A DNA stretch of 64,000 nt from Takakia lepidozioides. Taxonomy: Eukaryota; Plantae; Bryophyta. Location: positions 68,820,001 through 68,884,000 of the forward strand of contig CM060732.1 in the NCBI GenBank assembly GCA_030704615.1, read 5' to 3'. The first letter of the stretch is position 1. Each line of letters begins with the position of its first letter. A model generated the notes under the pieces. It saw only the letters and a program-made list of their open reading frames with translations, was not told the DNA's origin and made no database searches. A program made the position numbers and the translations under genes. This document shows positions 1 through 12,376 of the stretch, piece after piece.

Positions 1-229
1 CATCCGTCTGATAAAGCCGTCAACCAGTCGTCATTTATGCCGGGCGTCTGAGAGAGAGGAAGAGCAATCGCGGACATAAGGAGCAGAATAGTGTATACAG
101 GATCGGAAGAGATTGTGAGAGGAAGGAAACAGGGTCCAGCGCATGGTCTGGAACATTAACAGACTCTGAGACCCGTCGGAGCGAGGTGAACTCACTCCAA
201 AGATTGAATACACAAAGAGGTTCACAAGG

Positions 230-916
230 ATGGGGAGCATAGGAGCGCTGTTGAGGCATCCGGAAGATATTCCTTCTTTGTTGAAGTTGAAGATGGCCTC
301 TGTGCAGGCCAGCCGCGCCATACCCACAGATCCCAATCTGGCATTCTGCTACCAGATGTTGACACGAGTCTCTCGTAGTTTTTCGATTGTCATCCAGCAG
401 CTAGGTCCTGGTCTTCGCAATGCGGTAAAATGTCTTGCCTCTCATCTTTAGCCTCTTTTTGGTCACATCTTTCTGTGTGTCTCTCGCTTGTGCGTTCCTT
501 TGCAGAGTCTCATTCTCACACAATTAACGGAGAATCGTGTACAGTAGAATCCAATACTGAATTTTGTGGGAGAGGGCGATCTGCCTCTGAAGTCAGCTGA
601 TTGGGCTCTGAAACCTTATGTGTGCTTGTTTGTTATATGAACAAGTAGATGGACAGTGGAAATATTTCATTTCATGGTGAAATTATCACCTGGCCCTGTT
701 GGGGTCTAATTGCTGGGAAGCTCACATACAGCAAGTTGATGCTTGTGTGAAGGGCTTTCTAGACGATATCTAAACTAAATCCAACTAAAAAATCCAAACT
801 AATTGTCTCTATCAGGGTGAGCCCCTCACAACAGGTAGTATGTTCCCTTTTGTTCCGCCAAACTGGGCATGGGATCTATGGCCTAAGGCTATGGCAAACA
901 ACGCCATATGAGTACA

Positions 917-947
<31 letters not shown>

Positions 948-3900
948 ATCTAAGTGTGGCATCACGCTCCTCAATGCTGTTGGCAAGACATTCTGCAGAG
1001 TTATAAGTACTCGTCTCGAGGTTGATCTGGAGTCTAGAGGTTGTTTCCACGAAGGTGAAGCTGGCTTTCGGCGAAACAGGGGCTGTGTGGATCATATCTT
1101 CACTCTAAGCCAGATTATCCAGGGAAGGAAAAAAGAAGGGAAACCCACTTATGTCTTTTTCCTGGATGTCAAAAAGGCTTATGACACAGTGTGGAGAGAT
1201 GGCCTATGGTTCCGCCTCTGGTCTTGTGGGATCAAGGGAAAGATGTGGAGAATTGTCCACAACTTGTATGCTCACACCAAAAGCTGTGTCACTGTTAACG
1301 GACAGAAGTCCAACTTCTTTGACATAGACCAAGGTGTAGCTCAAGGATGTACTCTCTCCCCTCTGCTCTTCAATGTTTTCATCAATCAACTCCTCGAGGA
1401 TGTGGAAAGTGAGGGATTTGGGTTAAGGGTGGGTGATACCACCATACCAGCCCTTATGTTTGCGGATGACTTCGCAGGCATAGGGGAGACTCCAACCAAT
1501 CTCCAGGAGTTGATTGATTGCGCGAAGAGATACTTTGATCTTTGGGGGCTAGAGGCTAATGTCAGCAAATGTGCAGTGGTAGCATTCAACGACAGAGGAG
1601 AGGGAGGAAGTGATCTTAAGTGGCAGTGGGGTAGCCAAGAGATCCCGGTCCTCCCTTCCTACACTTACCTGGGCGTTGAGTTCTCCTCCAATTGTAATTG
1701 GGATGCACATATCCGGAAAGTTGTTCAAACTGGCAAGGGCAAAGCTCTGGGGCTCACTAAATTTTTCCACTGCAGAGGGGTCAACTCTGAGGTCAAGAAA
1801 ACCATGCTTTGTCGCGTTATTAGACCTGCCTTGGAGTACGGATCTGCTATATGGGTTGATAACTCCAACCAGGCTAAGTCTCTAGAATCCATTCAAGTGG
1901 GGGTGCTTAAGGAGTGTATGTCAGCATGCTCCAAAACAGCCAATGTGGCTGTTCGGGGTGAGTTTGGCATTCCGTCCTTAAGCTCCCGACGAGATGAATT
2001 CAAGGTCAGATGGTGGGGTCAGCTGCAACATATGCCCAACACCAGATATCCTAAGTTAATCGACTCTATATCTTGGAAACAGGACCGCCCTGTCAAACAG
2101 GCTAAGTCCTGGCAGAAGAGAGTAGAAGAGATCCTCAAGGACCTGGACCTGGATCCGCAAGTCTTGACCCTGCTGGATAAATCTGACTTAGAGGCTGTAG
2201 TGTCCTCAGCCATGTCTGTTGCCATGAGATTGTCTGATGAAAATGACGTTAGGCAGAAAACTTCCCTGAACTTGTTTCCAGTCTGTGACGTGGGGGAGGA
2301 CATCTTGGATGACCTCAAGGGTCTACCCACTCTCGGCACTAGACTGAAATTTAAACTCAGGGCAGGAAGCCTACCTTTGAACAGCAAACAGAAGCAGAGA
2401 GGAAAGGGAGAGTGCAATTGCCCGTTGTGTGGGCAATCTGAAGACAGTATTCATTTTCTGATACACTGTCCGGGGTTCTCTCACCAAAGAGACGCTCTCT
2501 TCAAATCTATTAAGGGAATTGTGCCTGTACCCCTGTTTACCAACTTTGAAAGTCTCGAGGCTGAGCCAAAAGCCCAGGCCCTCCTGAGGCCTAGTTTTTG
2601 GGCAAATCACACACAGCAGATTGATGCTTGTGTGAAGGGATTTCTAGAGGATATCTGGAAAACCCGGATTAATTCTTTATATGGAGGTAAGTCTTACTAC
2701 CAACGTCAGCCCCTGACAGAGGTAGGTTCTGTCCCTTTTGTTCTTTCTCAAACTGGGCGCGGGGTCAATGGCCACAAGGCTACGGCAAACAACGTCTTAT
2801 GAGTACAATCTTTCTCTCTCATCAGAAGCCAGAAGAAGTCAGTAGTCAGTAGTCTGTTTTATTTTAATGATTTGAATGCTAGAACACGTAACTCAGTTTG
2901 TCACACTCTCTGTCCGGAACTGATGAATGAGTGGGTAGTTATAACAGCTGATCACTGTTATGCAAGACATAGTTGATTTGGTCTGTACTCTTAGATTGAA
3001 TTTCTAAGTTATGAGACAGTATTCTTTCTGGTTTCATGCCTGTTGCATTGTTTCTCTGGGTGACTGTCATTGATGTTTTGTCCTCATGCGTATGTTGTCA
3101 TCTTTGAACACTCTTCTTTACCTTGGATATGGCTATCTCGTTTTTTGATCTTTGGTTAGCTCTCAAATATGATTTCAGACTAGGCTCACACGCTGATCTA
3201 CAGAGTGAAGAAAGAGGAAGAAAATGTGTAAAACTATAGCATGTGCCTTATGGGAGCAGTACTTCAACCACCTTTTATTGTGTTCCTATAGTGGTTTTTA
3301 CAGTAGGTCCAAGTTTGCAAGTTCTCAGTTTTGATATAGAAGGTTTTGAGTACAAGAAAGTTGAAGGTGTATGTGTTAAAGGCAGACTGTGTTTTAGGGA
3401 TGTTTTTATCTTCTATTTGAACTGAAACTTGTTTGGTTGATCCTGCAGGTTTGTGTGTTTTATCTGGTGTTGCGAGGGCTTGATACAATTGGTAAGCATT
3501 TTCTCTTTAACAGAGGGCAGTTTTGTTTAGCCTGGTTTTCTTAATGTAGGAGCATTTCCCCATTTGAGGGTCATGATAGAAGGTTGGACTTGTGACCAAT
3601 TATTTTTATTCTAGAATTTAAATACAAAGTCTGTCATATACTGGAATCGAATTTGATGAAACGGTGGAGGTAAGATTTCTTTTACCTGGCGACATTGCGT
3701 TTTACATATGTTACTTCCACTTCTGGGTAGATAGGGCTAATAAACACACCAGCAAGTGCCTTATCTGTAAATTGGAGAATCACTCTTAATCACAAAGGGT
3801 GCTAGTGAATGTGCAGAGGATGACATGAGTATTCCAGTAGACACCAAGGTGCCAATTCTGAAGGAGTTTCACAAACACATATACGACCCAGCGTGGCATT

Positions 3901-6900
3901 TCTCCTGTAAGCCTCCTTCTTCATCTCCAATTTGACTGGCTAAATTGGTTGAATATTACAGCATCCTACAGTAAACTTCTGACAGTTGTCAAACTAAACT
4001 GATGCATGTTAACTGACTTGGTATAGAGATGGCTATAGAAAAATTCTGTAGTTATTCTCCTCGTCCATTGGCAGTTCAGCCCATTTAACATCCAAGTCTG
4101 GTAAAGCTTAAGGTCTGGTCACATGTAAGACCCATGCATACACTCTGCATCCAAAGAAGTGGTGGCCCTCAACTTGTTGAATCCAAGTTCAGGGAAAGTA
4201 CAAACATGCATGCTCAGGACAATTCGGACCACCCCAAATGTGCCAAGTCAATTTGAACCAGATTTACTAGTTTGGCCAAGGACCCTGTAATGTTGAAGCA
4301 AAGGCTCACATTTAACATGGCCTTAAAAGATATAAGTCAGCAGTTGTACAGGACTTCTTGAAGGGTAGCAGTTCCAATGTCGAGGTAACAAAAAACTTTG
4401 TCTTGCACCTGTGCTTGAGAACAGGTGGGGAGAAGGACTACAAGGAACTGATGGACAAATTTCATTTGGTTTCAAATGCCTTCTTAGCTCTTTCCGAAGG
4501 GTGTGTTTCCTGACTTGTGCTGGTCTCCACCAAGTGGATCGACTTTACGCTACTTTGATTGTCAAACCTGGCTAGTAGGCTTGCTGCAGATGTAGTTCCC
4601 AAAACAAACTTTACTGAACTTGATGCACTTGGGTTAGGAAGGGCCAAGTGAAGAACATGCTCTCCAAAAGAGTGGACTCTCCTGAGTTCCCGTCTGTTGC
4701 TATGACGCAATGTCAAATCTTTGGTCTAGTAGTGTGAGAAGATATGCACCATAGGTGTGATTTTAAGCCTTTGACCACATCTTCATCGTTTCAGAGTTGT
4801 CTTTGCGAACTGGCTCACTGATAGAATGCAGCAGTTGTTATCGGTTTGTACAAGAAGCAAGTTGGTTTTATTATGACAAAGTGGAGGAAATAACCAAGGT
4901 CAGCATGTTTAAATGGGCTGGCAGATACCAAGAAGTAATTGGGGAAATGACTCAACGTATGGGAGATGGTATGGCCAAGTTTATCTTGTCTGAGGTACTC
5001 CCCCTTTTCCTTCCTTGGAAATTGGAAGGAATCTGTTATGGTGTCACAGGTCCTGCACTTTCACATCCTTGAAGCATTTCATTGTAGTTGGTGTCAGGAA
5101 TGCAGAGATGATTCCCACTCACCAATCTTTAGTGAGTATGTGGTGAGTATCATGTAAAGCACGGCCTTGCCATGTGTAGGTTTCTATTTCTGCAAGCTGT
5201 ATACATCTAGATAAAGACAGACAGACAGACAGACAGAAGAAGGAAGGAAGTCCTTTTTCTACATTCAGAGGACTCCCACGATGGGGTATGAGTGGGGACA
5301 ACTAAAGAAACAAGGTGTCACGCCAGAAGCCGAGCGCATCATGAATGTAGCGGTCTAAGTATTTCTGATGCTTATAGCTGAATGTCTCTGGAAAGGATGA
5401 ATAGCCTTTGGAATGACAGTAGTTCCCCCTCCCGATCTCAATTTTTACGGTGAACCACAAATAGAATGTTCTATCTCTACTCCAGGCATGTTACATACCC
5501 GTCAAACCCTATCCTCACGAGGCATGTTCACTCATTTGGCTGGAAATTTCTGGACCAACTCTGAAATCTCTTGTGGATATGGAGACCTTGCGTGACAAGC
5601 AGCACAGCATGAGGATGCAGGCATTGTGCTGTTTGTAAAAAGTATGTTCGTACTGATATGTGTTGTCAGTTGTGTGGAAGATAAACTACTTCAAATTGTG
5701 TTGCCAAGATAAAGTCAAAAAGTGGTGCTCTGCACCAAATCTATGTTTGCAAGAATGGGCGAGGGAAAAGAGAAGAAGAGAAGAAGAAAAATTATTTGGT
5801 CCTTGAGGGAGACTATGGAGGCTAGGTTTGTAACTGTGGGAATGCACAGGTTGAGACAATTGCCGACTATGATGAATATTGTCACTATGTGTCGGGGATC
5901 GTGGGCCTTGGTCTATCACGTCTCTTCTATGCAGCCAACCTTGAAGAGTTTGTCGCTGACGCCCTTTCCAACTCTATGGGATTATTTCTCCAGGTGTGTA
6001 GAACTGTTGTCCTTGTGTCTGAAAACACAAACTTCATGTGTCTTTATACGTACGCATGCCAGTGGCTGATGGAAGGCTCATGTGAGGAGCTCAAATTGAT
6101 TTCTCTCAGATGCTACTTGGTTTTGGAAATTGGACCGGAGGCCAAACTTCTACTGTTGCAAGTACTAAGCTTTCTCCCATCTGTATGTTCCTGTGTTTAG
6201 CTTCTAAAAGCCCAGTGGGTACGGCACTTAGCCGGTGATCTTGGAGCCTAGAAATTATTAAACCTAATCTATGAATCTAAGGCTATTTTATGGTACATTG
6301 TTCTCACGTCGCCTTGTTTAAGTGTTACCTACCGGCTCCTGAGTCTCAATAGTGAATAAGGAGCCTTGTTAAATCACGAGTCGCAGCAAAAAAGTGCTTA
6401 CCTTGTATGGGAAGCAGAGCCTAAACTTCCAGCATATGTGGCACTTCTACAAGAGGAGGCTTCATAGTGTGCATCTATCTGTATGTAGTTTGCATTGGGT
6501 CACCCCAAAGCTTACAACGGCTCAAGACTGATTGGTCATTGTTGGCTTGGTTCTCTTCAGAAAACAAACATAATAAGGGACTATCTGGAAGACATCAACG
6601 AACTTCCAGCACCCCGTATGTTCTGGCCACGTGACATTTGGCAGAAATATGCTGCACGGCTTGAGGTGGGCACACATAAGCCATTGAAATCTCTACTGTT
6701 GGCATCTCCTATCTCTGTTTGGTTTGTGGTGTTACTTTGTTCTTCGTCTTCTCTTCCTTAGGCTCTTTAGGCCTCTCAGGGACCGCATTACCATCTTTAT
6801 TTCTCCCCCTCTCAGACAGGCTCTGTGGCTAATTCAAAACATGTGAGACCCACCCCTCCACATCTTACTCCGGTGAGGCCCCCGCAGGAACAGTTTGATT

Positions 6901-9900
6901 ATTTTGATGTTGGTTTCTTATTCGACTTTCCCCATGTGTTTTTAGTTTATTTCTCCTTGTCTCTCTGGGTATCAGGACTTCAAGTATGAGGAGAATGCAG
7001 AGGCAGCAGTGAAGTGCTTAAATGAGATGATCACAAATGCGTTGTCTCATGGAACCGATTGTCTACATTACCTGACCGCCCTTAAGGACAAATCAAATTT
7101 GCGCTTTTGTGCCATCCCACAGGTGTGTGTGTCAGACAAGGAAACACCCCAACGTGTTGTGTCCACATGGTTTTCACGACATCATACAGCACTGGACCCA
7201 TTCCAAAGAGAGTGCCTATGTGTCAAGGAACTTAGTTTAGCCTAGCACTTCATGTGGTAAGAATACTCCATCCTAGGAGCTTGGAAGTATAATGAAGCTA
7301 CACCACAAAGGGAAGCCACATCGATCATTGAGCCTCCCGTTATTCCAGAGGGTGGTGGGCTCCAACAGTAAGCACCCATTTCCAAAAGGAATGTTTAACA
7401 AGAGCTCAATGAGCTACCTTCACAGGAAAGTAAATCAGAAGAAGGTGTAGAGAGTGGTCCTCACATAGTAAGGATACTGCACCAAGGGGAAGCCACATTT
7501 GTTTGGCAGGAAAGTAAAATGTAGACTATCATACCCATAGCATCACTTGAAATGTATTCAAGCAGTAGGTCCCATGGAGAAGTCCCAGATCTAGAAATAG
7601 AGGCGAGGCAGGGAGCTGGGCGAGGCCGCAGCTGGCCCCCAAGGTACAAATCAAAAACAAAGAAGGCCCTTGTATCGGAGTAGAGCTAGTCCACGTACCT
7701 CTTGAACTGCCCTCTCTCTTTATGTATCCATAGAGCCTTCACAAGTACCTTGCTTTTAGCCATACCGTAGCAGTATGGTAAGTGTTCCTTCAACTTCGCC
7801 TGTCTCCCAAACGAGGAGAATGGACATAGCCTTAGATATATGTATTTAGATTAAACACTTAGGGCAGACCCTAATGAGTGCCTCCATTTTCATGTTCCGT
7901 TCTGAACAGATTTCTCAATAGAGACAATTAGTTCTGGTTTTCCATCCTCTAGAAAGCCCTTCACAAGCATCAACTTGCTGTGTATGAGCTGCCCAGCAAT
8001 TAGGCCCAAGAGGGCCAGGGATTTAGGCTCAACCTCAAGATTTTGGAAGTTGGTGAACAGAGGTGCAGGGACAATGTTCATGATTGTCCTGAAGAGGGTC
8101 GCTCTCTGGTGAGAATATCCTGGACAATGTATCAGAAAATGATTTTATCTTCAGGCTACTCGCACATCGGGCAATTGCAATCTCCTCTTCCTCTCGTCCT
8201 TTTCCTCTTCATCACATTCATTCTTCTCTCTCTGCACAGAGGGAGAGAGAGAGGTAAGGTCTTTCATTTAATGATAGTGGGCATGGAGGCAGCTGAGCAG
8301 CATAAATTTACTGAAGGGTGTAAAATGGGAACAGATAATGGCGATAGGAACGCTGGCGATGTGCTACAACAACATCCAGGTCTTCAGAGGAGTTGTCAAG
8401 ATCAGGCGTGGTGCGTATAGTGTCACTCTTGTTCTCCATCTGTGACTGTATTAGTGACTTCAGTACCTCAGCTTGCCACTCACAGTTGTATATGTGAGAC
8501 AGCTGAATTTTGGGATGAGAGATTGAGATTGTTAGTCAAGTCCATGACATTGTATCCACTGGAGGGTGGTAGCATGGCTGCGGTATCTGTGTAAGAAAAT
8601 TTCTACCTCTGTAGAAATCCCAGAGACCATTAGGCAAATGTTTGTGTTAAAGTAATGCTCTAGGTTGCCACCCGGTGGCTGTCAACATCATAATACAGGA
8701 AGGTTTAAGTTACTTGAAGTTTCTTCCATGGAACAAGCTAGATGGACCTCATGGAGATTAAATGTAAGATTCTGTCAGTCTGGTCTGCAGGATTGACAGC
8801 AAGGATATTGGAGGTGAAGACAATGACTGATGTGTATGGAGCTTTTTATGACTTTTCTCGCACCCTAGCTGCCAAGGTAAACCCCTCTTGTCATTTCTGT
8901 GTTGCCAAACAAATGTGACACAAGTATCTGTTGCAGCTCTCTCGCCTTTCTTGCTTTCTTGATTTCTTTCTGTCTCTCCCCCACTTACCTTTCTGAGTTT
9001 TTTCCTTTCTTTAGTTTGCTTCTCTCTCACAAAACCCAATTCGGCAGAGGGTCCTCCATGACAAGAAATGAAGATGACACAAACAGGGACGCACAGAAAA
9101 CATGGGGGACAGAAGGGAGGATGGGGGATCAATGAACTGCAGATAGGGTTTCTCTTTAAGGTGTCAGATAGTGTGTTACTGAAACGCATCTGGAAAGGGG
9201 TGACTGCAGATTGATAAGAAGGACCCTTCAGCAGCAAAGACGCAGAAGTATATTGAGGACATTCAACAAGTCTGCAAGCCCCACCTATCGAACAGGCAGG
9301 CGGCTCTTGTCCTTTCCTCTTTTGCACCCTCCAGTCACACCCTAGTGGCAACATATATACCTTCCTTGAGTCCAACGGGGAGATATACTCCGTGAAAGTT
9401 TCTTGTCCCAAAGAGAGGCCCTAGCAGAAAACCTTACAGTAGGGTACTTTGATGTTTCCAAACCACAAAAATATGCACACACTACTTCACCTGTATGGAA
9501 CCCTGGGTCTGACGAACCCCACGTGCATGTGGCACCATGCAGGCTATTGCTGATAGTGCGTAGCATGTCTTTGTGTCTGGGACTGCTATAGGCCACCATA
9601 GCATATAACCGATTGGCCCTGCATTCACTTATGATTAGTTATGATTAGTTTCATCCATATGGATTCTGGTAGAACCGATCCTTTTAAAAGGTCTGGGGTT
9701 TGAACACGTACCCTTGCACATTGGTGAAGAATTCGTGATCCAGTAGCTGCTGTACAGATTGTCTGACAGAAATGTTGGGGATGGTCACAGGCGAGGGCTC
9801 ACCATAGAGAGCAAGACAGGACATGAGGCTTGCTTGGTACGTGACCTTCTTTTTACGTTTATGTGATTACTCAAACTTAATCTGAGGATAACCTGGGAGT

Positions 9901-10492
9901 CATTGTGGGTGCACACTCCTCATTCTGTTCCAGGAGGGAGAGCATCTTCTCATGGGTAACAGATTATTACTGTTTACATTTCAGATAGTTCTCCAGCCCT
10001 TAAACGTACGTCCAAATTTTCTGCTCAGTTGAGGACACATAAGCGTCTTGGAATATTCATTTCTCTTCTATTTTTCAACTTGCTCATCTCTCTCCTCATA
10101 TGAAGCAAGACCTGATCTGCCACAGAAGATTGATGACCCTGCTGTATAGCACTTGCTTTACGGATGACAAACTGAATAAGCTTGAAAAGTCTTAGCTTCC
10201 CTTTCTGCTGAGAAAGAATTATGATTGAAAAGTAGATCAAATCTGCAAACATAGTATATTATTTTATCAACCCTTCATCTTTTAACACATGAATTGAAAC
10301 AGACAAAATGTGTGTATGATGCTTTCATCTGTGAAATTTCTGGGTGTGGCAAATTGACTCAATTTTCAGTTGCAAGGGCTTGTTCCAAACTCAGCTGTGT
10401 TCTCATCTTGTGTGTCAAATGCTCCACCACAGGTCATGGCATTATTGGTGCTGTTGGTGGCCATGCTTTTCATTGTCTGGAGGCAGAAGTGA
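230..10492 (+). CDS. SQS: Squalene synthase (farnesyl-diphosphate farnesyltransferase), 13 exons, 407 aa
   Basis: Exons 230-424, 3449-3491, 3817-3906, 4425-4500, 4925-4994, 5850-5993, 6561-6665, 6976-7122, 8335-8410, 8791-8876, 9210-9295, 9791-9836, 10433-10492 splice to 1224 nt in frame. Motifs [62 protein letters not shown] and C-terminal TM anchor [19 protein letters not shown]. Exon 11 needs a GC donor; the last three exons are less certain. Confidence 0.95.
690..935 (+). mobile_element. Old 3'-end fragment of an RTE/RTEX-like LINE ending in a (CT)n tail, SQS intron 1
   Basis: Aligns by eye to ~2575-2810 (shared TTGATGCTTGTGTGAAGGG, CAAACTGGGC, TATGAGTACA), followed by (CT)n. Confidence 0.8.
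951..2808 (+). mobile_element. 5'-truncated non-LTR retrotransposon (RTE/RTEX-like): reverse transcriptase plus C-terminal Cys/His motif
   Basis: RT motifs [36 protein letters not shown]; C-terminal CPLC...HFLIHC. Flanked by a 15-bp direct repeat TCTTTCTCTCTCATC (936-950, 2809-2823) = TSD. Clade assignment tentative. Confidence 0.9.
7885..8215 (-). mobile_element. Degenerate 3' fragment of the same LINE family in SQS intron 8
   Basis: Minus-strand peptide [18 protein letters not shown] matches the LINE C-terminus [18 protein letters not shown]. Confidence 0.8.
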
Positions 10493-12376
10493 CCAGAATG
10501 GTGAAGCATCCTGGGGCATAAATGGGCTGGCTGCTGTTGTCAGTATACAGTGAATGCTGAGAGGGGCTGGCTGGATGTGTTGGGTGTAGCTTTGCACTTG
10601 TTGTGCCTCCTGGTAAATTAGGGCCAGACCTCTACCATGTGCAAACTCAAGTAACTTTCCGAGGAGAGAAAAACTGCTCTGCCTGTTGGGCTATTCTTTT
10701 CATCCACATGATTGTACACTGCTGCTGAGGGCTGATCTTTCAAGCACTCTTTTGTTTATCTAGACAGAAAGGAGACGTACACGAAAGTAGATGAGGTTTC
10801 ATGTTGTTTCATAAGTCTCTGCCATTCAATTCTACCCTAGACTGTTGGGCAAGTTGTGATATGTTCAGCAACCATTTGAAGGGAAGTTTAAGATCACACT
10901 TCAATGCTTCTGATTATAGGACATTCAATTGGCACCAGACTCAGCTACTCTTTATATTTAAGAGGGTTTAGGGTTTAAGTCATTAGGAGGGTGTGAGAGT
11001 TGGTATGGAAAGGATTGGTTGTGTGTGGTGTACTAGGCCTTTGTTTTGGCTTTCCTGGGGAGAAAAGGCCAAGGCCTGCATGTTCTCTATTTGGCCCTAC
11101 CTCTATCTGGTTATGGAAGTAGACTCGAACAAGAAATTGCCCCTGTAACTTATGTCAATTCAACGTCATGATGCTCTGTCTACTGGATAAAACAGGGCTT
11201 ACACTTCACTGGCAAAATAAGACTGGTCCAACATTCCTTTTGTGCAACATTGTGTTTCCATCTGCATGTTGCTTTGCCAAGTCTTCTTCAACATTTTGCC
11301 ATATGTAAGTGTACGTCATGCACTCCATTTGAGGTGAAAATGTTAGGATTTGTGGGTGTAATAAGGGATTTGTTCAGTTGAACCAATTGTTTGTTCAGTC
11401 GTAGCAGCAAGGAACTGGCAGAAACAGACCATATGTGAAGAGGTGCCTACCATTTACCAACCTCCTCCATTTGCAGATTCACCAATCATGCAGTTTTACA
11501 GGGATTGTATGCACCGAGTTCATGACATTTTAGAATGCTATGGCTGTGGATCCACTCAGATTTGCACTGTTGAGCATGAATGCTGCACATTTTGCAGCAT
11601 CACCATTGTCTTCTGAAAGATCAATAGAGGTTCTCGAAGAGGACTGTCTCTTCTGGCACTTGCGGTGATAGGGGCAAATCCTGTAACTCAGGACTAATGA
11701 CAGGTGACACACATTTTGAATGGAGAATAATTTCTATTTATGTTTATGCATGCACCAGACACCCCCCCAACTGCCCCCTAACCGAGCAATGCATGCCACA
11801 GTGCCGGAGGTACAGCCGGGGGTACACGTCCGGATCAGGTACTACCGGAGGTGGATCAGGCCAAGAAACAGAGGGGGGGGGGGGGGGGGGGCACTCACAA
11901 ACGTATGTGATGTATATAAATATATATATGTAACACCAAATGTATGAGCTGGAGTTTCAGTCCTGAACATGTTCCAATGTCAATACTAAGTTGGTCCCAA
12001 ACTACCAAAGCTCAAATTGCAAAAACCTTGAGCCAAACTTCGGCCGGCAAAAGCATCATAGGACATGAGCTGCGAGGAAAAAGCACATTCTTTCTCGTGC
12101 GGGATGAAAGCTCTCCTGCTTGAGATATCAAGCTCTCTGCTCTCCTGTTTGAGTTAAAGCACTCCCGTTGCAGGGACTTCAGCTTCCTGAAGGATAAGAT
12201 TCCATCATTATCTCTGCTGAGACAGCACTACAGACAGTGACTCCTCCAAATGGAGCTTCTAGATTCCAAATCCCACCAAAAAAGGAGCTGTTCGACTATC
12301 AACTCCAGTACATTGCCCATTTTTTGAGGATAGCGTTCACTCCTCATCTTGACCTTCATCAATTCATGTAGACCTT

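Noticed and set aside
817-950. N-terminus of the 661-aa ORF as a real protein start
   Set aside because: It is read-through from the older LINE fragment and CT tail into the 5'-truncated copy that starts at 951.
9541-9591. Alternative hydrophobic last exon for SQS ([15 protein letters not shown])
   Set aside because: Exons 9791-9836 and 10433-10492 give a better TM anchor with a basic tail and the usual 13-exon layout.
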